Shown piece after piece: positions 1 to 12,191 of a stretch of 64,000 nt of DNA. Positions within the stretch are counted from its first letter, which is position 1, and every line of letters starts with the position of its first letter. The position numbers and the translations under genes are program-made. This DNA comes from an uncultured Bacteroidales bacterium (GTDB taxonomy: Bacteria; Bacteroidota; Bacteroidia; Bacteroidales; GCA-2711565), in NCBI GenBank assembly GCA_942491855.1, contig CALOCL010000041.1, positions 81,024-145,023 of the forward strand, read 5' to 3'. A model generated the notes under the pieces. That model was not told where the DNA came from. It made no database searches and was given only the letters and a program-made list of their open reading frames with translations.

Positions 1-2
1 TC

Positions 3-857
3 GCTTCATCTTTCGGGAATTTAAAGGAAATTAAATTCTCTGATCCACTGCTGACTATCAAAAATACCTGGGATATCTTTTCGAAAAATGCTGAAGCTCT
101 TTCGCAAGATTTTGAACTTTTAACATGTGAAAGTACAACGAACAAGTTAACATCAAATACCTATATCGGACCACCGGAAAATATTTTCATCCATCCAAAA
201 ACAAAAGCCAATCACGCCATTTTAAATGCTACTAACGGACCAATTTATCTGGATGAAGATAGTGAGGTGATGGAAGGTGCCATGATCCGAGGCCCTTTTT
301 ATTTGGGCAAAAACGCTCAGGTTAAAATGGGTGCAAAAATTTATGGACCCACTACCATCGGCCCATATTCAAAAGTTGGTGGAGAGGTGAACAATGTTGT
401 TATGTTTGGTTACTCAAATAAAGGACATGAGGGGTATTTAGGCAATGCAGTTATTGCCGAATGGTGCAATATTGGGGCGGATACCAATAATTCTAATTTA
501 AAGAATACTTACGATGAAGTTAAGATATGGAATTACGCTCAACGAATCTTCGTAAAAACTGGTCTTCAGTTTTGTGGATTGATTATGGGAGATCATTCAA
601 AAACAGGTATTAACACTATGTTTAACACAGGTACTGTAATCGGAATTTATTCTAATTTATTTGGGGCGGGATTTCAGCGAAATTTTATTCCTTCATTTTC
701 CTGGGGTGGTCCGTCTAAAATGATTGAGCACGATTTAAAACGTGCCTTGCTAACTGCAGCTCAGGTATATCAGCGAAGAGATCTTGAATTTACGGAGATC
801 GACAAGGAAATATTATGCTATTTGTATGCACAAAGTCAAACTGACTCACTACTGTGA
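3..857 (+). CDS. GlmU-family sugar-phosphate nucleotidyltransferase-like protein (Bacteroidota type, hexapeptide-repeat C-terminus); 5' truncated by the window edge
   Basis: The frame is open from base 3 (ASSFGNLKEIKF...NTWDIF...LNATNGPIYL) into ORF 267-857. It carries the left-handed beta-helix repeats and the GHEGYLGNAVIAEWCNIGADTNNSNLKN motif typical of this family. Confidence 0.8.
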   Translation, partial: ASSFGNLKEIKFSDPLLTIKNTWDIFSKNAEALSQDFELLTCESTTNKLTSNTYIGPPENIFIHPKTKANHAILNATNGPIYLDEDSEVMEGAMIRGPFYLGKNAQVKMGAKIYGPTTIGPYSKVGGEVNNVVMFGYSNKGHEGYLGNAVIAEWCNIGADTNNSNLKNTYDEVKIWNYAQRIFVKTGLQFCGLIMGDHSKTGINTMFNTGTVIGIYSNLFGAGFQRNFIPSFSWGGPSKMIEHDLKRALLTAAQVYQRRDLEFTEIDKEILCYLYAQSQTDSLL

Positions 858-868
858 TTTACGCACTT

Positions 869-883
869 TGGCACATTAGTTGA
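869..883 (+). promoter_or_regulatory. sigma54-like -24/-12 motif upstream of lon
   Basis: TGGCAC-ATTAG-TTGA matches TGGCAC-N5-TTGC except for A at -12. The same variant occurs before clpC. Confidence 0.45.
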
Positions 884-1023
884 CTATACATAAATCCAAT
901 TTTAAAAAGATAAATAATTTATATAAGTAATTGTATAATATTAATTTAAAGGAGTTATTTTTAATTTATGATGCGTGACTGACATATCGTGCTGACAGAA
1001 TGACCTAAGAAAGAGAAACATTT

Positions 1024-3459
1024 ATGGATTTTTTAAACTTCACCGATATCATCGATTCTGAAACTGAGTTTATCCCTTTATTGTCTTCCGAAGATGAAGA
1101 GTTAATGAATGCCGAAGAAGTTCCTGAGGAGCTTCCAATTTTGCCTTTACGTAATACTGTTTTATTTCCTGGAGTTGTTATTCCGATAACTGTTGGGAGG
1201 GATAAATCCATCAAGCTTATTAAGGAATCTTACAAAAAGAAAGCCTTGATTGGTGTCGTAGCTCAGAAAGATGTTGCTATTGAAGATCCTGAATTTGAGG
1301 AATTGAATTCGATTGGAACAGTTGCTCAAATCATAAAAATTCTACAAATGCCTGATGGAAGTACAACAGCTATCATTCAAGGGAAAAAGAGATTTACACT
1401 CCAGGCACTCGTTCAGGATGAACCTTACTTTATTGCCAAGGTTACTCAGTTTGGTACGGCTGAACAAATTAATTCAAACGATAAGTTTGATGCTTTAATT
1501 TCTTCTTTAAAAGATCTTTCCATACAAATCATCAAACAATCGCCAAACATTCCAACGGAAGCGAGTTTTGCCATTAAAAATATTGAGAGCCCTGTATTTC
1601 TGGTTAATTTTGTTTCATCAAATCTAAATATCGATGTTGTTGAAAAACAAGATTTACTGGAAGTAGGAGATCTTTACGAAAGAGCGAATAAAGTATTAAA
1701 AGCACTTACAGATGAACTGCAGGTACTTGAACTGAAAAACCAAATTCAAAAGAAAGTAAAAATTGATTTAGACAAACAACAACGCGATTATTTGCTCAAC
1801 CAGCAATTAAAAACCATTCAAGAAGAACTTGGCGGTAGTCCCAATGAACACGAGATTAAAGAACTCAAGGAAAAAGCAAAAACAAAAAAGTGGTCTAAGG
1901 AAATTTCAGAGTCTTTTAATAAAGAATTGAATAAACTTCAACGAATTAACCCGCAAGCAGCTGAATATTCCATTCAATTAAATTATTTGGAAATCCTGGT
2001 AGAATTGCCATGGAATGAATACACCCAGGATAATTTCGATCTGGATCGTGCGCAAAAAATTCTGGATGAAGATCATTTCGGATTGGAGAAAATCAAAGAC
2101 AGAATCATCGAACATCTTGCCGTTATTAAATTACGGAATGATATGAAGTCGCCAATCCTATGTTTGGTAGGCCCTCCGGGAGTAGGAAAAACATCCTTGG
2201 GGAAATCTGTTGCCAGAGCCCTCGATCGCAAATACATCCGGATGTCGCTTGGTGGCTTACGTGATGAAGCTGAATTAAGAGGCCACCGTAAAACCTATAT
2301 TGGTGCGATGCCTGGTCGTGTGATTCAAAACTTAAAAAAGGTAAAGGCATCCAATCCGGTTTTTGTTTTGGACGAAATTGATAAAGTAGGTGGTAATTCT
2401 GTGCAAGGAGATCCACAATCAGCCTTGCTCGAAATATTAGATCCGGAACAAAACAATAGTTTTTATGACAATTATTTAGAACTGGATTTCGATCTTTCTA
2501 AAATCATGTTCATCGCCACTGCAAACAGTCTGGCAACCATTCATCCTGCCTTACGGGATCGGATGGAAATTATTGACTTAAGTGGTTATTTGATTGAAGA
2601 AAAAATAGAAATAGCAAAACGCCATTTGATTCCGAAACAATTGCTTGAGCATGGGCTTAAAAAGAATCAACTTACTTTTGGAAAACAGGTTATTGAAAAA
2701 TTAATCGACGATTACACCCGCGAATCCGGTGTTCGGTCCTTGGAAAAAAACATCGCAAAAATCATTCGCAACAAAGCCAAATTCATCGTGATGAATAAAA
2801 GCTTTGATAAAAAGTTGAATGAAGATGATGTTGTAGAAATTATGGGCATTCCCAGATTTCAGCGTGATAAGCACATTAAGAATAATATGGCAGGAGTAGT
2901 CACAGGTTTGGCCTGGACTTCCGTAGGTGGTGAAATTCTTTTTATCGAGGCTAGCTTGAGTAGAGGCAAAGGTCTGTTAACCATGACCGGTAATTTAGGA
3001 GATGTAATGAAAGAATCTGCGACCCTTGCTTACGAATACTTAAAAGCACATTCAAATAGCCTTGGTATTGATTCAGAGTTATTCAGTAAATGGAATTTAC
3101 ATATCCATATCCCTGAGGGAGCAACCCCAAAGGATGGCCCATCTGCCGGCATAACCATGTTTACAGCAATTGCCTCTGCATTTACTCAACGAAAAGTTCG
3201 TTACAATATCGCAATGACTGGAGAAATTACTTTACGTGGCAAAGTACTTCCGGTTGGTGGTATCAAAGAGAAAATACTGGCAGCTAAAAGATCAAAAATT
3301 AAGGACATTATTTTATCTTCAGAAAACAAAAAGGATATTTCTGAAATTAATGAAAAGTACATCAAAGGGCTTAATTTTCAATACGTTGATGAAATGATTG
3401 AACTCATTGACCTGGCTTTACTGAAAGAGAAAGTTGAACATCCAATTAGTTTAAATTAA
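1024..3459 (+). CDS. lon: ATP-dependent protease La (Lon)
   Basis: N-domain [14 protein letters not shown], Walker [10 protein letters not shown], Walker B LDEIDK, catalytic PKDGPSAG; 811 aa. Confidence 0.98.
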   Translation: MDFLNFTDIIDSETEFIPLLSSEDEELMNAEEVPEELPILPLRNTVLFPGVVIPITVGRDKSIKLIKESYKKKALIGVVAQKDVAIEDPEFEELNSIGTVAQIIKILQMPDGSTTAIIQGKKRFTLQALVQDEPYFIAKVTQFGTAEQINSNDKFDALISSLKDLSIQIIKQSPNIPTEASFAIKNIESPVFLVNFVSSNLNIDVVEKQDLLEVGDLYERANKVLKALTDELQVLELKNQIQKKVKIDLDKQQRDYLLNQQLKTIQEELGGSPNEHEIKELKEKAKTKKWSKEISESFNKELNKLQRINPQAAEYSIQLNYLEILVELPWNEYTQDNFDLDRAQKILDEDHFGLEKIKDRIIEHLAVIKLRNDMKSPILCLVGPPGVGKTSLGKSVARALDRKYIRMSLGGLRDEAELRGHRKTYIGAMPGRVIQNLKKVKASNPVFVLDEIDKVGGNSVQGDPQSALLEILDPEQNNSFYDNYLELDFDLSKIMFIATANSLATIHPALRDRMEIIDLSGYLIEEKIEIAKRHLIPKQLLEHGLKKNQLTFGKQVIEKLIDDYTRESGVRSLEKNIAKIIRNKAKFIVMNKSFDKKLNEDDVVEIMGIPRFQRDKHIKNNMAGVVTGLAWTSVGGEILFIEASLSRGKGLLTMTGNLGDVMKESATLAYEYLKAHSNSLGIDSELFSKWNLHIHIPEGATPKDGPSAGITMFTAIASAFTQRKVRYNIAMTGEITLRGKVLPVGGIKEKILAAKRSKIKDIILSSENKKDISEINEKYIKGLNFQYVDEMIELIDLALLKEKVEHPISLN

Positions 3460-3571
3460 CAAATACTTCACAACCCTTCTTAAATAATTAACCTTTTAAT
3501 AACATTTATTAACCAATAATTAACTCAAAAGGGATTGGGATGAACCTATCTTTGAATAAAAAAACTGAGCC

Positions 3572-3835
3572 ATGTTCTTATTCAATGTTAAATTATTTTT
3601 TAAAATTACTATTGCAATTCTGAGTGGGACAACAGTATCTGATACATTATCGGCGGATACAGTGGTGAAAGCCACACCCGCTCAGCCAACAACCGAAACT
3701 ATCCAAACCGAAATTAAAAAAGAAAATACCTTGGTTGATTATAAATGGGATAAGGTATCAGTTAACAGCTTGGATAGTACTTTAATAACTCCAAAAAAAA
3801 TGATTGATAACAATAAGGTTAAATCTGAAGTTTAA
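3572..3835 (+). CDS. small hypothetical protein, possibly exported
   Basis: 87 aa with a hydrophobic N-terminus and a Thr/Pro-rich linker. It has its own TAnnTTTG element (TATCTTTG, 3547-3554). Confidence 0.5.
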   Translation: MFLFNVKLFFKITIAILSGTTVSDTLSADTVVKATPAQPTTETIQTEIKKENTLVDYKWDKVSVNSLDSTLITPKKMIDNNKVKSEV

Positions 3836-3930
3836 TTTTTTAAACTAAGTTTACTAATAATTGCGGTGATCCTTTCTTTACAGTTTGGTGATCTAAATTT
3901 GTCAATTCAAGAATAAAACTGAGTAGGATA

Positions 3931-4254
3931 CTATCTTTCATCGTCATCATCTTCCTCTTCCTCGTCAATGTCTTCTTCAAGTTCAAGTTCGATGCTTTTT
4001 TTGTCAATTGCTGATGCAACTTCAGGTAATTCATCTTCTTTCTCCCAATAAAAAGATGAATCAATTTCTACCGGTACCTTTACCAGGTATGAGATGTCCT
4101 CATACTCCAGTGCTAAGGCATGAAAATACTCATTATTTCCTTTACTTATCTTAGTCGTTTCTCCTTCCCAGCCCTCAGGATATTTTTCCTGAAGGGCTTC
4201 AAGAACATCAGCTGGGAGCTTTTCGATGCTGGCAATTTTTTTGAGTTTTGTCAT
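3931..4254 (-). CDS. small acidic-tailed hypothetical protein of a Bacteroidota family
   Basis: 107 aa; KLPADVLEALQEKYPEG...YLVKV core followed by an Asp/Glu tail (ELEEDIDEEEEDDDDER). Confidence 0.75.
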   Translation of the reverse strand: MTKLKKIASIEKLPADVLEALQEKYPEGWEGETTKISKGNNEYFHALALEYEDISYLVKVPVEIDSSFYWEKEDELPEVASAIDKKSIELELEEDIDEEEEDDDDER

Positions 4255-4597
4255 GGTTTAATGGTCAGTAAACAGGCTGCAAAATAAAACAAGATTTTAA
4301 AAAATCAAATACAAAATATTTTTTTTTGAGGCTTGAAATCAAATATTTTTTAATATTTAAGCCTGCCTTGAAAATAATAAAGGAATTTTGATCAATCGTT
4401 CATTAAGTAGAATTTATCTGAATTCTGATTCTTGAATTTAAGATAGGCCTTAAAACAGCTTTTTCACAAAGAGCCATTCTTTTGTAAAAAAAACAATCGA
4501 GTATTCATCATTCATAAAATAAAGGGGTAAAATTACCTTCAAACATGATTGGCGGTTGACTGTTAATTTCGTATAAAAAATGTAAGTTTGCAGTTAA

Positions 4598-5428
4598 ATG
4601 AAAGTGATTAAAAATACCAAAAGCAGGTTTCGAGATATCAGCATCTTTTTAATCATTCTGCTTACCACGACTTACTTATTGCCGCAAACTTCCGAAAATG
4701 ATACTTGGATTGTTCTGCCGACAAAACTTAATCCGTATAAATCGAGTGACTTGATTAGCAAGGTGAGTGACATTAAGCTTAAGTACCCTCAGGAAGTGCA
4801 AGGTAAATTACTCGGAGATGAACAGTTTGGTACTGTAAAAATTCTAGTAAACAAAAAGAAGTATTATCTGCCAGTTCGTTTATTACTAAAAAAAACCTTA
4901 AATCTATTCGATCAAAAAAACATCCCGATAGGGCAAGAAATTGTGGATATTAAAATCCCATTGCCACCCAATTACAAACCCAATGATTTGGTGAAAATTG
5001 ATCAGAAATGGAATTATCATGCAGCCGATTATTCCAAATTTTTAAGAATAGATGCTTCAATTGCCCTCGAAAAAATGTTTAGAGAAGCAAAAAAACAAGG
5101 CTTATCCTTAAAAGTTGTTTCTGCATTTCGTGCATTTAAGAAACAGCGTCAACTTTATTTAAGAGCCATTAAAAAAAATGGAATTAATCAAAATGTGGTG
5201 GCAAAGCCTGGCCATAGTGAGCACCAATTGGGGACTACTGTTGATGTCAGTTCTTTTTCTTCCAAATCTGTCTTAAATCAAAGTTTTGCTGATACCAAGG
5301 AAGGAAAATGGATGCAGGAAAATGCGAGTAAATACGGATTTTATCAATCCTACACCATCGCAAATTCTGAAGTTACGGGATACATTCCCGAACCCTGGCA
5401 TTTTCGATTTATTGGCTCCTCAAAATAG
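4598..5428 (+). CDS. M15B (VanY-like) D-alanyl-D-alanine carboxypeptidase with N-terminal signal/anchor
   Basis: SAFR, PGHSEHQLG and EPWHFRF zinc-peptidase motifs; hydrophobic N-terminus; promoter TAAGTTTG at 4583-4590. Confidence 0.9.
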   Translation: MKVIKNTKSRFRDISIFLIILLTTTYLLPQTSENDTWIVLPTKLNPYKSSDLISKVSDIKLKYPQEVQGKLLGDEQFGTVKILVNKKKYYLPVRLLLKKTLNLFDQKNIPIGQEIVDIKIPLPPNYKPNDLVKIDQKWNYHAADYSKFLRIDASIALEKMFREAKKQGLSLKVVSAFRAFKKQRQLYLRAIKKNGINQNVVAKPGHSEHQLGTTVDVSSFSSKSVLNQSFADTKEGKWMQENASKYGFYQSYTIANSEVTGYIPEPWHFRFIGSSK

Positions 5429-5490
5429 ATGTCCCTTTGAAATAATTTCTGTAAAAAAATATTTTTTACTTGTTTTTTAAAAATTATTTT

Positions 5491-5498
5491 TAATTTTG
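5491..5498 (+). promoter_or_regulatory. Bacteroidota sigma70 -7 element of the met operon leader
   Basis: TAATTTTG fits TAnnTTTG and lies about 40 nt upstream of the SAM riboswitch. Confidence 0.65.
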
Positions 5499-5537
5499 CC
5501 AACACTATTTACAACTCCTATCCGAAAAATAGGTGTT

Positions 5538-5645
5538 TAGTTATAGAGAAGAGGGGAGAGATTAGGCTCTACGAACCTCTAGCAACCTTCTAAAAATTGG
5601 AAAAGGTGCTAAAACCTAACCTGCAATATTGCAGGAAATGATAAA
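5538..5645 (+). ncRNA. SAM-I riboswitch
   Basis: TTATAGAGA...GAGG-GGAGAG-ATTAGG-CTCT..CCTC-TAGCAACC...GGTGCTAAAACCTAA (pseudoknot ATTAGG/CCTAA), P4 CCTGCAATATTGCAGG, and closing GATAA. It lies upstream of metY/metA. Confidence 0.9.
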
Positions 5646-5656
5646 AAAACACGATA

Positions 5657-5752
5657 ATGACAACATTTAATTTATTACATTTTACGTTTTTAAGTAATCA
5701 TTTTACCATGCCCGAAATGCCTATGTGCATGGCCTGGTTCAAGTCTGTTTAG
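5657..5752 (+). CDS. putative Met-rich leader peptide (31 aa, MTTFNLLHFTFLSNHFTMPEMPMCMAWFKSV)
   Basis: Translated by hand. Four internal Met codons plus a Cys lie within 8 codons (MPEMPMCM); A at -3; located between the SAM-I aptamer and the aspartokinase gene. Confidence 0.65.
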   Translation: MTTFNLLHFTFLSNHFTMPEMPMCMAWFKSV

Positions 5753-5834
5753 CATTGGCTTGAGATTACTTCCAACAGGCATTGCATCTGCAAATGCCCA
5801 AAAACCCATACTTAATTATTATAAATCAGATAAA

Positions 5835-9429
<3,595 letters not shown>

Positions 9430-9489
9430 ATGGTGGTATCGGGCATTAAATTAAATAACCTATTTTAAAAATTTCTAAAATTAACACAA

Positions 9490-10482
9490 ATGAAAGTAGC
9501 AGTTGTCGGAGCCACAGGGCTTGTCGGAAGAAAAATTCTTGAACTAATGGAAGAAAGATCAATTGAAATGACCGAATTAATTCCGGTTGCTTCTGAAAGA
9601 TCAGTGGGTAAAAAAATCAGTTTTAAAGGAACAGATTGGACGATTAAATCATTAGCAGATGCTGTGAATTTAAAACCTGATGTTGCACTATTTTCGGCCG
9701 GTGGAGAAACCTCCTTAAAATGGGCTGAAGCTTTTGCGGAGAAAGGAACCTTTGTGATTGATAATTCTTCTGCTTGGCGCATGCATCCTGACAAAAAATT
9801 GGTGGTGCCGGAAATAAATGCTAACCAAATCACAGCCAAAGATAAAATTATTGCAAACCCTAACTGTTCTACCATACAAATGGTTTTAGCCTTGGCGCCC
9901 CTGCATAAAAAGTACAAAGTTAAAAGAGTGGTTGTTTCTACCTATCAGAGCATAACCGGATCAGGTATTGCTGCAGTTAATCAGTTGGAAGATGAAAGAA
10001 ATGGAATTGACGGTCCAAAAAAATATCCTCATGTAATTGATAAAAACTGCATCCCTCAATGCGATGACTTTAGTGATGGGGATTACACCAAAGAAGAATT
10101 AAAATTGGTTAACGAAACCAAGAAAATTTTAGGTGATGACAGCATTCAGGTAACAGCAACTGCTGTTCGTGTACCTTTGGTAGGCGGACATTCTGAATCG
10201 CTAAATGTTGAATTTTATAAAGAATATGAATTGGCTGATATCAGGCCTTTGCTTGAGGGTGAAGATGGAATTACGGTAATGGATGATATTAAAAACAGTG
10301 TGTATCCAATGCCTTTAAACGCCCATGAAAAGGATGATGTTTTTGTGGGACGAATCAGAAGAGATTTTTCTCAGCCTAAATCCTTAAACCTTTGGGTAGT
10401 GTCAGATAACCTGAGAAAGGGAGCAGCAACCAATGCAGTTCAAATCATGGAATACTTAATCAAAAATGATTTTATTCGTTAA
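9490..10482 (+). CDS. asd: aspartate-semialdehyde dehydrogenase
   Basis: VGATGLVG, DNSSAWRM, IANPNCST, VRVP..GGHSES, DNLRKGAATNAVQI. Confidence 0.97.
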   Translation: MKVAVVGATGLVGRKILELMEERSIEMTELIPVASERSVGKKISFKGTDWTIKSLADAVNLKPDVALFSAGGETSLKWAEAFAEKGTFVIDNSSAWRMHPDKKLVVPEINANQITAKDKIIANPNCSTIQMVLALAPLHKKYKVKRVVVSTYQSITGSGIAAVNQLEDERNGIDGPKKYPHVIDKNCIPQCDDFSDGDYTKEELKLVNETKKILGDDSIQVTATAVRVPLVGGHSESLNVEFYKEYELADIRPLLEGEDGITVMDDIKNSVYPMPLNAHEKDDVFVGRIRRDFSQPKSLNLWVVSDNLRKGAATNAVQIMEYLIKNDFIR

Positions 10483-11128
10483 GTTGCTTCAGAACATTAA
10501 ATGTTAAGGCTGCATCTTGTTCGTCTACAACTATCGTAAATTCGTTGGTTGTCGAAATAAGTTCAATGATATTGATTTTGTTCCAGGCCAGTTTTTTAAG
10601 AATAAAATAGTACAAGCCAGTCATGTGTGTATTGTTTTCTGGCAATCTTAAAGTTACGGACGATAACTTATCAATTCGTGAAACCAATCTTTCGGTATTA
10701 AAAAGTGTTTCTAAGTCTTCACTCATTGAGCTGCTTATTACCATGGTCGTTTCGTAAATGCCCTGAGAAAAAGTGTAAAAACATTCTCTTTTATTTTCGA
10801 TTTGTTTAAGTAAGGACATTTGTTTCTCAACAATTCGATCTGAATTTTTGTAGGTAAAATCTGACAGCTTGGATCGCACGGTAATTTCTCCCATTTGCCG
10901 TAACGACTTCATGAGTTTCATGTTTAAACTGGGATCAAGTTGTGAAGTGTATCTTTTTAAGGCCATCAGGATGGCTCCTTCTTTTACCGTTCTGCCAAGG
11001 GTTTGCTCAATTTCAGGTTGTACGGTTCGGGCCATGGCAGAAAGATTTACCAATCCTTCTGACATAACTTCTTCTAAAAAGGGTCGCTGACTAATAACTT
11101 TTTCAACGATTTGTGCAATGGTTAACAT
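10472..11128 (-). CDS. ACT-domain protein with helical N-terminal domain, no kinase domain; putative amino-acid-responsive regulator
   Basis: N-terminal GLVNLSAMAR...EGAILMALKR helical (HTH-like) segment; C-terminal tandem ACT-like repeats (GIYETTMVIS; GLYYFILKKLAWNKINIIELISTTNEFT); divergent from dapA. Confidence 0.75.
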   Translation of the reverse strand: MLTIAQIVEKVISQRPFLEEVMSEGLVNLSAMARTVQPEIEQTLGRTVKEGAILMALKRYTSQLDPSLNMKLMKSLRQMGEITVRSKLSDFTYKNSDRIVEKQMSLLKQIENKRECFYTFSQGIYETTMVISSSMSEDLETLFNTERLVSRIDKLSSVTLRLPENNTHMTGLYYFILKKLAWNKINIIELISTTNEFTIVVDEQDAALTFNVLKQLNE

Positions 11129-11251
11129 AATTCAAATTATAACTTATTGTTAAATTATCAACAAATATAAATAAAATTGAACAAATTTATCAAAAATTTA
11201 TTTACCTCAAGTCTTTCAAATAATTTTGCCGCTTAATAAAAATCATAAAAA

Positions 11252-12169
11252 ATGAATAATATTTCGGACTTAAGAGGATCTATTGTAGCCATAGTGACAC
11301 CGTTTAATGAAATGGGCGATATTGACTATCTGGCTTTAGATGGATTAATAGCATTTCATTTGGAAAACAACACCAATGGAATCGTTGTTTGTGGTACAAC
11401 CGGCGAAGCAAGTACCATGGATGATGCAGAATACGCAGAAATTGTAGAATTTGTAGTTAGGCGTGTTAATCATCAAATTCCGGTCATTGCCGGATCAGGT
11501 GGAAATTCTACCATTCAAACTTTGAAAAAATCACAAATTGCCATCAGTTGTGGTGTTGATGCTTTGTTGGTAGTAACTCCGTATTACAACAAACCAAATA
11601 CTCGTGGCATGTATGCGCATTACAAATACATTGCTGAGAATGTAGATGTCCCAATTATTCTTTACAACGTGCCTTCACGCACGGGAAGCAATTTGTCTCC
11701 TAAGCTAACGCTGCAGCTTGCTCATGATTTTGAAAATATTGTGGCCATTAAAGAAGCTACAGGTGATCTCAATCAGATGATGGAAATTATTAGCAATCGT
11801 CCGGCAGGATTTAAGGTTTATTCAGGAGAAGACACCTTAGCCTTGCCCATGCTGTCGATAGGAGCTGATGGCTGTATTTCTGTTGCTGCAAACATTATCC
11901 CAAAGGCGTTTAGTCGAATTATGGAACTTGGTTTGAACCAAGATTTTCATGCAGCACGTGAAATTCAATACAAGTATTTAAAATTGATGAATTTGAATTT
12001 TATTGAGTCGAATCCAATTCCGGTAAAAACAGCTTTGTTTTTAATGGGAATGATTCAAAATCAATTCAGATTGCCACTGGCACCAATTTCTACAGAAGAA
12101 AACCTAAGTGCATTAAGAAACGAATTACAACGGCTTGAATTGATCAATTCAAAAGTTTTAAGTTCATAA
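11252..12169 (+). CDS. dapA: 4-hydroxy-tetrahydrodipicolinate synthase
   Basis: GTTGE, PYYNKP, YNVPSRTG, AIKEATG, FIESNPIPVK; promoter TAATTTTG at 11221. Confidence 0.96.
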   Translation: MNNISDLRGSIVAIVTPFNEMGDIDYLALDGLIAFHLENNTNGIVVCGTTGEASTMDDAEYAEIVEFVVRRVNHQIPVIAGSGGNSTIQTLKKSQIAISCGVDALLVVTPYYNKPNTRGMYAHYKYIAENVDVPIILYNVPSRTGSNLSPKLTLQLAHDFENIVAIKEATGDLNQMMEIISNRPAGFKVYSGEDTLALPMLSIGADGCISVAANIIPKAFSRIMELGLNQDFHAAREIQYKYLKLMNLNFIESNPIPVKTALFLMGMIQNQFRLPLAPISTEENLSALRNELQRLELINSKVLSS

Positions 12170-12191
12170 TTAAGTGGAGGAGAGAGTTTAA

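Noticed and set aside
5760-5834. TTG start extending the aspartokinase by 25 aa
   Set aside because: The extension has no similarity to aspartokinases and covers the leader hairpin; ATG 5835 directly precedes the KIGGS motif.
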